A stretch of DNA of 64,000 bases from Lingula anatina (GCA_051362555.1 CM120645.1:3410001-3474000); one strand, 5' to 3'; counted from the first letter of the stretch, positions 50,901 to 63,992 are shown. Notes: generated by a model from the sequence alone, not told the origin. Made by a program: numbers and translations.

Positions 50901-53900
50901 ATGGTGCTTCATCAGCAGGACAGCAAGAATTCTGCCCATATACATCCCAGTCACGCACTGTGTTCAGAGACTCTAGTATGGTGTCAATAGAGATAATTTC
51001 ATCCTGGTTTAGGACCTCCCTCTCAGATTCACTGTTGCTTTGTTGTCTTACGAATTGGGTTGTTATTTGAGCAGAGGCATGGTTAAATGAAATGTGATGG
51101 CCATTACTGCCTGAGTCTTCTTGCACTTCTGGTGATCCACAGGGCAAAGAAGAGGAACATGGTTCTGTTTGCATCCTCAGTCTGCCATTTTTCTCCTTCG
51201 CATGAGAAGATGAATGGAAAGATCTTTCAATGACAGTGGGTGTTTCACTGTTTGTTGGTGCAGGGCGATATCTATCCATCCCTGCTGCTACAACACTACT
51301 GGTAGACATGGCAACATCTTCACTTCCTGGTTCCCCAGGTAATGGAAAGAATGTGCTTTCATCACACTTTTCAACTTGAACATCGTCATTATCATCAGAG
51401 AGAGATACTGAGGTAGAAGGATTTGGCATTATGAGTTCCTTGAGCAATGGATGCAGAACTGATGGCACTCTTCTTTCACTGCCATTGGCTACTTCCACAT
51501 CCTTGTTTTTGTCCACATTGTTTGAAAACACAACATCACTATCTTGCTGTGCTTGTTGAAGACAACAAGCTTGTCTTTCTTTCAGGAAAGAGGTTATCTG
51601 AGCCAAGCTGGTTCTTTTCTTTATTATCTTTCTTTTAAGGGTAACAACTTTTCTGCTTCTTGAGTCCCCAACTTTTGCTTTTAACTTTTCTAGTTTAATG
51701 TTAGATCGTTTAAAAACTGGATAACAAATCCCATTTTTCAACTTGGAAATCTGAGTTTTCATCTCTTGCCCGAGGCACTTCACTTTCTTCATACTTGGGG
51801 TTGTCATTCTATATGCCTCAAATTTTGATGAAGCATGAACTCTGTCCACATCAAGTGGGGGCTGATAAATGTGGTCAACAGCACTAGGCCCAAACTTGGA
51901 ATTTAAAGTTGTAGGTGCACTTGCTGAATTGCTAGGAAACAAAAGTTTCCTTTGAGCTTCAGGTACCAAATGGTCTGCCTTCTTTATACAATTACCATCA
52001 TCAGCCAAGATCATAGCCTGTGGAGCACTGGCCAAATATTCAGAAAGTGGAAACTTTTCCACTTTCCTTCCATGAATTGTCACACATTTCACATCACCTT
52101 GAACAACCTGCTGATGGCAGTCATTACTGTCCACCTCCAAAGGTGATGGTTCCTCTCTCTGTTCTGAGACTTTGACTATATTACCATTAGATATCAATTT
52201 TGGTTCTGAGGTTTTCAATTCTTTAGGTGCCCTGCAAGATGACTTCTTCAGAGATACTTTGGCCTGGTTTGATCTTGTTTTATCATCTCCATTTCCTGCC
52301 AGCATCCAACTTTCTGAACATTTTTCTTGTACAGAATTTGAACTTGAACATCCCTCTTCAATTTTGTTTACCCCAAATGACATCTTCTGTTCACTCCTGT
52401 TTGCATCTACCTCATTTAGGAACTTGTTTTTATCATAACTTATGTGAAAAACACCTTTAATATCCCGATTTGAGGTACTGCTCCCAGTTTTAGACAGACC
52501 ATGTTTGAAAATCACATGCTTTTTCAATACCACCTTCAGGTTACTGGAAAACCTACACAAAGTGCATGAAAATGGCCTCTTTGCACTGTTGCTGGATGTG
52601 TCAGCAGGTTTAGGCATGCCTTCAGGCAAGCCATCAGAGTCAGAGTCAGAGTTTGAGGAGCTTGGTACGTAGTCTGAATCCTCCAAGTTGTCACTGTCAT
52701 ACTCTCCACCATTAGTGTCACCATCAAGTTCCCATTCCCATTCCCAGAATTCTCCAGTTTCATTGCCCTTGTCGGAGATAATGGTTGATTTAAGGTTGCT
52801 TGGTTCCTGTTTACTATTTTGCCTTTTAAGTGGGCCTGAACCACTGAGTGTTTCAAACTTGGAATCTGACTTTTTTTGTTTGAATTCAGAGTCTGATAGC
52901 TTTTTCTTCAAGGCATTGGCTATGTTGGCAACCCTCTTCTTGTGTCTTGTTTTCTTTGAAGCCCTTGAAGCCTTGGTTTTCTTTGTGTTGGTGGGATGCC
53001 TCAGATGGGTGATGGTTCCTACATCCTCACAGCACTCCATCACCGCCTTCTCAATGGATAATTTGTCAACAGCAACATAATCCTTGGTGTCAGAGTCTAC
53101 TTCACTCTGATGTGCAATGTCACCAGACAATTCTGCTAATGCTTTTGTGACCTCAGCATGTGTACATATATGTTGCATAATCATGTCCTGCTTAGTCAGA
53201 GTTTGAAAATCATTACACACAAGGCACATGTAAGGGCCCTTCTTTTCTTCTGTGGTTTTCGAAAACACCACGTCTTCAAAATGGATAAAAGTAATGTGAC
53301 GCTTCACACTTCCAGGATACTTAAAAATAGCACAGCAAATTGGACAACCATTCTTTTTTGAATGCATCAATCCTGCAGCATTTGCTTTTTTTAAACACTT
53401 TTCCCTGATTGATAAACTGTTCACAAGGGAGCCAGTATCACCATTTTCTTCAGCACACCTGGATCCTTCAACTCGATTACAAGAAGAATGTGTCTCACAT
53501 AGCTGAGGTCCATATTCCTTCTTCTGGCCTTTGCTTAGAACTGCCAAGCTGCCCAATTCGCAGAAGTCCTTTTCACTTTCCTCAGCCAAACCAACATCAG
53601 GGACGATCGGGCTATATTCCTTCAAAGACCCCTTGGTTTTCACCGAAGTTTTGTTCAAGCAGGGTTCATCTGAAAATCTGGGACCATCACTTATCATGAT
53701 GTCTCGTAAATCATCGCACAACTTGACACTCTCCAGCTCCTGAATTATGTCAGACACAATCTGGACCACTTGATGGGTTGCCAGTCCACAGGTTTCAATC
53801 ACACTCTCCTCTTCCTGGTAGTACTTTGTTGCAGCATGACGTAATTGAACTGTTAGGTCCTTGGAGGAACACCAATTTGTGCACTCGGTCTCAACAGATA

Positions 53901-56900
53901 AATTTGTAGCAACATCTTTGATTTTCTCAAAATGTTCTTGACTCTGCCCATCCAAAACCTCCGACTGTAAAACATCCCCTGCACTGTTAATTTCAGTTGC
54001 AATATTCATCAGTTCATTGGTAAGACATGCAGCTTCTTCCTGAATCAGGACTGGTTGTTCTTTGCCAGGTTGCTCAAGTATATCAGCCTGTGTTTCCAGT
54101 ACACCAACGTCCTTTGACACTAGGCACTCTAGCTCAGTGAGACAACCCTCCTCTTCTATATCACCACTGCTGCCATCTTCTGTGCTGTTTTGCTGCAAGT
54201 CACTGTCCTGTCTCACAACATCTGATACATAGGGGGTTACAAATCCATTGATCACCCGCGGCCATCTTGTTCTGTAATCATCATCAGCATCCTCTTCATC
54301 ACCATCTCCTTCACTACTGGCAGTATTGGGTTCATGGGACTGAGACCTTTCCTTTAACCTTTCCACTCTCACCACAGGTTGTATGTTACATAGGAACTCA
54401 CCAGACTGGCTATCATAATAGAGACCTGCTTTCTGCATATAGGTTAGTACGCTGGTTTGGAGATCTGGCCATGACAGGCTAGGGTCAAGCGACTGGTCCC
54501 TAATACTGGACAACAGATCAATGACCTCTTGGAACAATGGCCCTGGGATGCGCCCTCTGTTGCCTAGGAGTTTGTCTTGGAACTTGTTCATTCTCTCCAC
54601 CCCATCCTGCACGCCTGCTTCAATTTGCGAGTGCTGACGTCCTTGGTTTTCTTCATCCATCTCTGGAGCATGTTTATTGGAACTATCCATATCTTGGTCT
54701 TCATGATGTGCTCCGCTTTGTTTTGTGATGTCAAGACCATGTTTGCTTCTCTCCCAGTTGCCCAAAATATTCAAACAGTCTTCAGGAGAGTTCCTCAGAT
54801 GAGACCAGCTGCAAGTTCCAAGAGTTTGACCTGTGGCAGTGGTGTCTGGGTCACCATGACCCATATTTGTGAGAACTGGATTTCCTTTATTCAAGGCTAG
54901 TGTCATATTTAGCTGTGACCCACCACCTGATGATTGTGTTTGCTTACCATGAGAAATTTGGACATCTGGGCTTGATACTACATGGTCTTCATTATTACTA
55001 TCAAGCTCTGTACAACCCTCATTGTGCTCTTCATATCCTTCCCTTTGATCACATTCTTGGTCACAAAGCCATGAAACCTTTCGGAGCAGGTGGAAAGTCT
55101 CCTCAGTTGGTGCTAGAGAAAGTGAAGTGAGAAGGCTAACCTTCTTCATCCAGCAGCCATCTTGTAATGCGGACACCACCTGACAAACATAACTCAGGCT
55201 GCTAGTGGCTTGCTCAGATTTTTCTATTTTCTTCTGGTCTTTTGCCTCCTCCAGAGCTAATTTTTCTGCTTGCAGACGGATGGAGCAGATTTTGAAACAA
55301 AGACTGTGGAACTGTTTTCCAAACTGTAAGAAAGATGGAATCATTTTTTAGATAACTGCCTTAACCATCCTGAAAATTTGTCTTTCCAGTCATTCTGTTC
55401 TGTCAGAGAAGAAACTAAGAAACAAGGCAGCAAAGCTGTCAAATGTACAGACAAAAACACAAAATAAAAATGCAGAAAATGGTTCATTTTGTCAATTTTG
55501 ATGCCTACAATAGCACTGTCAATCAACGCTGAAATTTAATCATGCACAACAGGTGACATCGTCAATAACAGGAGCTGATCCAGAGATATTTTCTGACAGT
55601 ATTCCAAATTATCTTTGTTGATCCATCCTACATTTTTGATGGTCTTCCAACAGAAAAAAGAGATGCCCATCAATGTGAACTTTAAAATCTGAAAGACCCA
55701 GAAGATGGCCTCAATCCACCCCTGCAATAAGATTACAGTTTCAGGACCAAATTCACATAATGAAAATCCCAATATCTAAATAATGATGACAGTGCATAAA
55801 ATAATATTACATAATGTTTAAAGACATAAAAACCAATGCAACTGCTTATGTGGAAATACAGAAAATGTGAAGAGCTTCAGGTGGATGGGAGCTGAAAATG
55901 CCAGTGTTTGAAAAAAAAAAATTAAAAAGAAAACACAAAAATATCCCATTAAAGCTACTATTCAAACTTTTAACCTTGCTGTAATAACATGATATGAATA
56001 ACCCCAATGTGTTTGAGGATAATAAGACACTGTTATTCATCTATTTTTTTGTTTTGTTTTGTTAACTTATTTGCAATATTAAACAACATTTACCTGCATA
56101 ATTATCATAGATTCCTAATTATGTGACATGATATGAATAACCCCAATGTGTTTGAGGATAATAAGACACTGTTATTCATCTATTTTTTTGTTTTGTTTTG
56201 TTAACTTATTTGCAATATTAAACAACATTTACCTGCATAATTATCATAGATTCCTAATTATGTGACACAGTTAAGAGAGCTTAACCTATGGGACTTTACT
56301 GGGAAGTCTCAGCGTGTGTTTTATGTAATCTTATTTAATGGGCACTTGGAAATCAATTAGGCAAATGATTTTATAGCTCTGAATTTAGCTTGTGACTATC
56401 CCAAGGGGCAATTACCACCATCCATACACAGAAGCCCCATATAGCACTCTATAGAGCTACATTGCTTCCAAAATGGAAAACAATCACACTGATTTTCCAA
56501 CACAAACTGCACATCAGTCTTACGAAACTTTTCAGTAAGTTTGAGTATCATAAGTAACATGGTTTTTCCTCAATGGTCATTCCGGCAGCCATTTCCAAAA
56601 TTAGGGTTTTCTTCAACTTTTATGCAATATAATATAATGACCATTAATTTTTAATAATAAAATAAAAGTATCATGGATTTACAGAAAATGTGACATGGAA
56701 ATGTCTTCAAGGCCATGGAAGTTCAGAGTCACACTTTCAAAATGCTAAAATGTAAACAAAAGATAATTGTATTGAATTGATTTTCTTTCCATTTTCAACA
56801 TCTTTTTTTCATATAACAAAATAATCAATTTACTGTCATTTTTAAATGAACAACTAAGAAAATTGCTGTCATAGGAAAAATATCAATAGAACAATTTTAA

Positions 56901-58272
56901 ATTGCCATTTTGCTCCATTCTGAGATTCTGAACATGGTGAATGATTGAATCTGACAAACTGTAAAGATATGAGTTTATTATTATTTCCATTTTTGACACT
57001 TTGTTATATAATACACAATAACAGGTTAACCATCTTTTTTATATAATCAACTAACAATATTGTTAAGATGCAGAAAATGTCAAAAGAACACCTTTACATA
57101 TTTAATTAGTTCACAGAGGAGATTCTTAACATGCCTAAGAATTAAATCAAAGGAAAAAAAAACACTTATATACAAAAAAAGGCATAACTTCACCAAAACT
57201 GAACCATTTTCAAACTCCATCTGTATTTCAGTAAGACTGATCTCCCCTGTAAATTTCAAGACAATTGGCCAATTGATTTTTCTTGAAATGCGTTAGCGGT
57301 ATTGCATACATGCTGAAAAAAGTGAAAAAAACAGCATAACTTCCATAAAATTGGTCCGATCACGCTGATTTTCAAACTTTGCCTATGTAATATGAATATT
57401 CATCAGTTCTGTAAGTTTCAAGCCAAAAGGTAAAACAGTTTTTCACTTATCGTGTATCAGTGTTGCATATATGCTAAAAAAATGAAAAAATAGCATAACT
57501 TCCATAAAAATGACCCAATAAAGCTGATTTTCAAACTTGACCTGCGTATTATAAATATTCATCAGTTCTGTAAGTTTCAAGCCAAAAGGTAAAATGGTTT
57601 TCCACTTATCGTGTTATCGGTGCTGCATATATGCTGAAAAAAGTGAAAAAACAGCATAAATTCCCTAAAAATGACCCAATCATGCTGTTTTTCGAACTTG
57701 ACCTGCGTATTATGAATATTTATCAGTTCTGTAAGTTTCAAGCCAAAAGGTAAAATGGTTTTCCACTTATCGTGTTATCGGTGCTGCATATATGCTGAAA
57801 AAAGTGAAAAAACAGCATAAATTCCCTAAAAATGGCCCAATCATGCTGATTTTCGAACTTGACCTGCGTATTAAGAATTTTCATCAGTTCTGTAAGTTTC
57901 AAGCCAAAAGGTAAAATGGTTTTCCACTTACTGTGTTATCGGTGCTGCATATATGCTGAAAAAGTGAAAAAACAGCATAAATTCCCTAAAAATGGCCCAA
58001 TCATGCCGATTTTCGAACTTGACCTGCATATTATGAATATTCATCAGTTCTGTAAGTTTCAAGCCAAAGGGTAAAATGGTTTTCCACTTATTGTGTTATC
58101 GGTGCTGCATATATGTTGAAAAAAGTGAAAAAACAGCATAAATTCCCTAAGAGTGACCCGATCATGCTGATTTTCGAACTTGACCTGCGTATTATGAATA
58201 TTCATCAGTTCTGCAAGTTTCAAATCAAAAGGCAAAATGGTTTTCCACTTATCGTGTTATCGGTAAAAGTGC

Positions 58273-58303
<31 letters not shown>

Positions 58304-59119
58304 CGGCGACGGCGACGACAGACGCAGATGATGGCTATATGTACAGACACATCTGTGTCTGTACATAATTAAGAAAAAGTTCTGACATAATAACCTGATG
58401 TAAAATAAAAATATATCATGTGTGCACACACACACACACCAAGTGAATAAAAACTCTTGCTTATACAATTTTTTCAAAATATTGAGATTTAAACCCTGTT
58501 TACATCAGAAAAAGCTTAAACATCAAAATCCTACCATCCTGTTTACATCAGGTAAAGCTTAAACCTGGAAATCTTAAATAGTCACCAGCGTAACTTCCTA
58601 AATGGAAGAAACTTTGAGAACAGGGACTGTATACAGAACCACATAGGCCACATTCAGAACAGCGCACTAACTAGACCACAGTCAAAACTTTCCATCTAGT
58701 CTGCTAACAGACACTGAATAGATTCCCAGTGGGGAAGTAATCAAGTAGGTTGGACATATTTGATCTGCAGAGTTGTTCGTCCACTGTTGTCAATGCAGCC
58801 ATGTATGCTCACCACTTCCTGCAGCATCTCCACCAGGTACATAACCTGAGTGGTGTCCACAGCCAGCTCCACCAGCTTCATCACCCCCTCCTCAAACACC
58901 ACCTTCACAACATCATCTCGCCACTGAAGGGGGAGCCACAGTTTTAACAACTCCTGTAATGAGAGAGGATATGATAGCACTATAAAAACAATGGCAGATC
59001 CAGGATTTTGCTAAGGGAGGAAGCGGGAAGATTTACGTCAAAGCCTCAACAACTCCTGTAATGAGAGGTGATATGATATCACTACAAAACAATAGCAGAC
59101 CCGGGATTTGGCCATTTGG

Positions 59120-59172
<53 letters not shown>

Positions 59173-62100
59173 GGGGGCACATGACTTTGTGAAATCGCCT
59201 AAAGAAAAAAAAATTCCAAGGCAAAACTGGGATCAAATAATTAAAGCAGACCAATGTGCACCCTGATGATATTGCCAGTATAGAAACTAAAACTCTTTAA
59301 ACCTAACTTTAAGAATCTCATCATTTTTCAATATCAACATTTCAAAATTATATCTTCATTTATTCATGAGAGCATATATATATATACAGAATAATTATGG
59401 CAAGAAAAAATATGTTTGTCTGTACTAAAGAAAAATGTTTTTGTCATAAAAATATTGTGAAATGACTAGAGAGACCAAGATATCTACATGGTGCCATGTG
59501 AACAATTTTAAGTAGGACCTGTTCTGAACAGACTTGAACATACCTTTGTGCAGCTTTAAGTTAGATCTGATATGAACAAACTTTCCCATACCTTTGTGCA
59601 GATTTAATTTAGATCTGATGTGAACAGACTTTTCCTTACCTTTGTGCAACACTTGTGTTTAGGTCTCACCCAATCCTGTACAAGGAATGTCTGCACCAGA
59701 CTGACAAAGATCTTCCTCTCCTCACGGATCATGGGATGGTTCTTCACTATGTCCAAGCCCATACAGCAATCCACTTTCCATGTCTGAAAATCATTTATCA
59801 ATATTTTTGTTCAATTTTTTACATCTCTCTCAGTTTAGTGCTTGGAAATGGAGAACGTAGAGGGCACCAAAAGCAGAGTTGGAAAATATAAAGACAATGA
59901 ATAAACATGAATAGATAAAAATAAAAAATCAACATATTGGAATCTCCAAAAGCTCTAACATGCAGTTTCTTGTATTTTATAGGATATTGAAAATAGTGTG
60001 GGATCAAGGAAAAAAGAACAACTGTTAACAGCGAGAGACTCATTGACAAGTGAAAGCTAGGTATGTCTTCACAAGTTTCTTTAGATTTGCACCATGAAAT
60101 CCTAGTTCTATTAGGTGTTCAAGATCACTATGGGCTTGAGAACACACATCATTAACAAGGCCTGAGAATATGCAGAAAAATATTGTCTGTATGTAATAAA
60201 AAGAATTATTTTCCTTTCTCCAAATTTTTCAAATAACAGTATAAAAATCACAAACCTCAACATGAAATTTATCTTTTTCTCCCAGCTTATGGAGTAACAT
60301 GAGCTGCCTGGCCCTTAAGTCGGTGTCATTGCGGTAGAAGGGGTGCTTCAGAAGCCAGGTGCAAAGGTTCATGCAGTATGCCTCGCAGTCATTTTTCTGC
60401 ATGACATCTGCACGAAGGCGCATGAGGTTCATGTCCTGAGAACCAATGTACGTGAAAACTGGAAAAACAATGTAACAGTTATGTGACAATGCAGCAATAA
60501 CAACACTCAACAGAGGCTTTCAAGATTTTCTAGGAACACGTCTTCAGATTTGTTTGTTGAATTTTCAGCAAATATTCACGGCTTTAGTAAGCCCAACTAC
60601 TTCCGTTTCTAAACGGCGAGTATGGGCTTTAAGAGTGTGTTTGTGTGAGTGATAAAAGATAAAGATAAAACAAGGCAGCAAAGCTGTCAAATGTACAGAC
60701 AAAGAACAGAAAATAAAGATGCAAATAAGTGAAAAATTAAATTTTCACAAAAAACTGTTAAATTGCCAGAAAAATTTACCAAACAGACTGCGTTGCCTAT
60801 TGAAGCTGTATTTTAGTCCAATGTTTCTTTCCTATAAGTTTGAGAACAGTAAGTGACATGATTTCCCTTACATGGTCATCATAGGAGCAGTGCCCAAAAT
60901 AGGGATTTCTTCAAATTTTGATACAACATTAAATAATGTTTAACAGCATAATGACAATCAAATGTTATTAATAAAATATTAGTAACATGGACATTCAGAA
61001 AATGTGACAAGCAAAAGTCTTCAAGATCATGGAACTTTAAAGTCACACCTTGAAAATGCCAATATGTGAAAAATTAAATTTTCACAAAAAACTGTTTAAC
61101 TGCCAAAAAAAAAAAAAAAAAAAATACCAAACAGACTGCATTGCCTACTGAAGCTGTATTTTAGTCCCATGTTTCTTTCCTGTAAGTTTGAGAACAGAAA
61201 GTGACATGATTTTCCTTAAATGGTCATCATGGAAGCAGTGCCCAAAATAGGGGTTTCTTCAAATTTTAATGTAACATTACATAATGTTTAACAGCATAAT
61301 GACCATCAATTTTTAATAATAGAATATTAGTAACATGGACATTCAGAAAACGTGACAAGCAAAGGTCTTCAGGATCATAGAACTTCAAAGTCACACCTTG
61401 AAAATGCCAATATGTGAAAAATTAAATTTTCACAAAAAACTGTTTAACTGCCAGAAAAAATTACCAAACAGACTGCATTGCCTACTGAAGCTGTATTTTA
61501 GTCCCATGTTTCTTTCCTGTAAGTTTGAGAACAGTAAGTGACATGATTTTCCTTAAATGGTCATCATGGGAGCAGTGCCCAAAATAAGGGTTTCTTCAAA
61601 TTTTGATGCAATATTACATAATGTTTAACAGCATAATAACCATCAATTTTTAATAATAAAATATTAGTATCACAGATATTCAGAAAATGTGACTAGCAAA
61701 GGTCTTCAGGCCCATGGAACTTCAAAGTCACACCTTGAAAATGCCAAAATGTAAACAAGACAGCACTGTTCTGAAATGGGTTTATTTCCATTTTTAACAC
61801 TTTTTTAACATAAAACAAAATAAACATTTTACTGCCATTTTTATATGACCAACTAAAAAAATTGATAAGATGGGAAAAGTATCAATAGAACAGTGTTAAA
61901 TGTCCAATTTCCTCCATTCTGAGATTCTGAACATAGTGGATGATTGAATCTGACAAACTGCAATGATATGAGTTTATTTCCATTTTTGACACTTTATTAC
62001 GCAATACATGATAACAAGTTTACCATGTTTTTTACATAATCAACTAACAATGTTGTAAAGATGCAGGAAATATCAAACAAACACTTTTAGGCATCTTATT

Positions 62101-63992
62101 AGTTAAATAATGAGACTGTTAACATGCTTAAGAATTGAATCTGAGGAAATGTGAAAAAAACAGTATAACTTCTAAAATAATGGCCCGATTATGCTGATTT
62201 TCGAACTCAACCTGCGTTTTAGTAAGATTGACCACTCCTGTGAGTATAATTACAATTGGCCAATCCGTTTTTCTTATATTGTGTTATCAGTGTTGCATTT
62301 ATATTGAAAATAGTGAAAAACAGCATAAATTCCCTCAAAATAGCCCAATCATGCTGATTTTCGAACTTGACCTGCGTATTATGAATATTCATCAGTTCTG
62401 TAAGTTTCAAGTCAAAAGGTAAAATGGTTTTCCACTTATCGTGTTATTGGTGCTGCTAATATATGCTGAAAAAAGTGAAAAAACAGCATAAATTACCTAA
62501 AAGTGACCCGATCATGCTGATTTTCGAACTTGACCTGCGTATTATGAATATTCATCAGTTCTGTAAGTTTCAAGTCAAAAGATAAAATGGTTTTCCACTT
62601 ATCGTGTTATCGGTGCTGCATATATGCTGAAAAAAGTGAAAAAACTGCATAAATTCCCTTAAAGTAACCCGATCATGCTGATTTTCGAACTTGACCTGCG
62701 TATTATGAATATTCATCAGTTCTGCAAGTTTCAAGTCAAAAGGTAAAATGGTTTTCCACTTATCGTGTTATCGGTAAAAGTGCACGACGGCGACGACGGT
62801 GACGACGGCGACGACAGACGCAGATGATGGCTATATGTACAGACACATCTGTGTCTGTACGTAAAAATTAAGTTTTTCGCCCCTTCTTCCTATACATTTC
62901 ATAAGGAACTGCTGACATAGGTTCTTTCATATGAGGGTTCTTTTTTATTTTCTGAATTGGGAAATATTTGCAGCATATATGAACACAATACAATTTGACC
63001 TTTGGGAATTTCCAAAGTGTACAGTGTACTTCTCTTAAATGTTATTGAAAAAGTATGGAGTATGAAATTAGTGAGTTAGCACCCATACCTTCTTTTGTGT
63101 CCAAGTCCTGCTCTGCCATCATCTTACACACCATGTCATCCCAAGGTACCTTGGCTATACCATACAGCTGCCAGAAGTATGGGAACCCCAAGGTGGTCAC
63201 CACGGCATCGTGGACCTTGATCAGAGTGACCTTGAAGCTGAACTGGAGCTTCTCCTCACACTCTCTCAGCTTTAGACTGACCAGAGGCTTACAGCACTCC
63301 CTGCATGAGGGGATAAATATGATGTAAGGGCCCATTCAGAAGCTGTTGATCCACTGGCTGCTGACTACTCAAATATATGGCTCTACTCGCTTCAAAGCAA
63401 GCTATGATTAAATTTTTCTGCCCCTGCAGGGGCGGCACCCTTGGAAGGAGGGAATCCACAGTCACGTGCAAGCCATATTTAAACTGGTGACTAGTTAGTC
63501 TGCAGATCAACAGGTTCTGAATGTGCTCTAATATTATACCTCTTATAGAATTGCAGGCATCTGATTGGCCAGTTACCATGGACTATTTCGAATACCACTC
63601 GTGCTTAGCATATTAGTCACACGACTGTGCTATTACTGGGGACTATTACTTAACCTAAGATTCAGTAAAAATAATATTTAGATTTTTCTGCAAAAATCCT
63701 GACCTTGAGTGCAAACATTATTAACAATAGTTGAAACTGTGCTTGTGAGAACAACAATAATTAATTTAAAAAATGGTCACTGAATGACTTTTTATTTCAA
63801 ATATATTTCAATAATCTAAAGACACTTTGTCAAATATAGAATATGCTATAAAATTTCAATAAGTGTGCTTAAAATCAGGAAAGTAAAATTTAATACTCAC
63901 AAAAACAAAAACCTGACTAACTCATGGCTGTCTCTACATATCACTAACTTGTCTACTGCCAAAGTGAAATACTCCAGGATCATCACTAGAGT
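44902..63992 (-). CDS. RLF/ZNF292/ZNF654-family C2H2 zinc-finger protein, 3' part (5' end lies beyond the right edge)
   Basis: Exons 63992-63901, 63300-63089, 60458-60256, 59783-59640, 58953-58813 and terminal exon 55323-44902, all GT-AG and in phase. The N-terminal helical region resembles the RLF/ZNF292 conserved block as recalled (CCTKELLKLWL ~ CAWELTLFWS; CQVVSAL..LTSLSLAPTEETF ~ CKTISCL..LSEFLIEPTVDAY). C2H2 fingers: CPICCAIFKYPGSVKRHITFIH, YMCLVCNDFQTLTKQDMIMQHICTH and FSCTLCRFSSNLKVVLKKHVIFKH. The C-terminus is K/R-rich. Confidence 0.75.
47300..47815 (-). repeat. Coding tandem repeat, 87 nt / 29 aa (GDSNIPSIGDDNPVSKFDSGDSSMAAVSG), about 6 copies
   Basis: The anchor gttgtcatca recurs at 47347, 47434, 47521, 47608, 47695 and 47782, a period of 87. 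Confidence 0.92.
48150..49620 (-). repeat. Coding tandem repeat, 21 nt / 7 aa (GDSSIPS alternating with GDICAPx), roughly 65 units
   Basis: Visible in the 3480-aa ORF and as recurring tgctgctgtcaccact(a/t/g)ggta on the + strand. Confidence 0.95.
50430..50800 (-). repeat. Coding tandem repeat, 102 nt / 34 aa (SQLTQCIPRQSYSSSTNALLMND...), 3-4 copies
   Basis: ggaatg(c/g)attgtgttagttgtgaca at about 50531, 50633 and 50735. Confidence 0.85.
55421..58368 (-). mobile_element. HINE/DINE-1-like element, copy 2, in the last intron of the ZNF gene
   Basis: Same termini as copy 1 (aacaaggcagcaaagctgtcaaatgtacagaca at 55421; hairpin 58338-58367). It has about 6.5 tandem 160-161-bp units (about 57180-58265), a longer GAC/GGC microsatellite and an internal 139-bp duplication. 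Confidence 0.85.
55987..56268. repeat. Near-perfect 139-bp tandem duplication inside HINE copy 2
   Basis: acatgatatgaataaccccaatg... starts at 55987 and 56126. Confidence 0.92.
59121..59178. repeat. (GT)n microsatellite plus poly-G tract
   Basis: Read directly. Confidence 0.95.
59522..59648. repeat. 48-bp tandem repeat, about 2.6 copies, spanning a splice donor of the ZNF gene
   Basis: tacctttgtgca at 59541, 59589 and 59637. Confidence 0.9.
60669..62867 (-). mobile_element. HINE/DINE-1-like element, copy 3, intronic in the ZNF gene
   Basis: Same termini (aacaaggcagcaaagctgtc at 60669; hairpin 62834-62863). It has three units of about 340 bp (60731, 61068, 61416), one module of about 400 bp and four units of about 160 bp (62161, 62321, 62484, 62645). 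Confidence 0.85.

Noticed and set aside
55324-55344. ATG at 55344 as the start of a standalone 3480-aa intronless gene
   Set aside because: The ATG lies in the intron's pyrimidine tract. An acceptor (ttacag at 55324-55329) joins in phase to upstream exons that continue the same protein family.
57300-58270. CTGATGA...GAAA on the - strand of each 160-bp HINE unit, suggesting tandem hammerheads (retrozyme)
   Set aside because: No stem II closes between CUGAUGA and GAAA, and no stem III/NUH pairing is present. The termini clearly indicate a HINE-type element.
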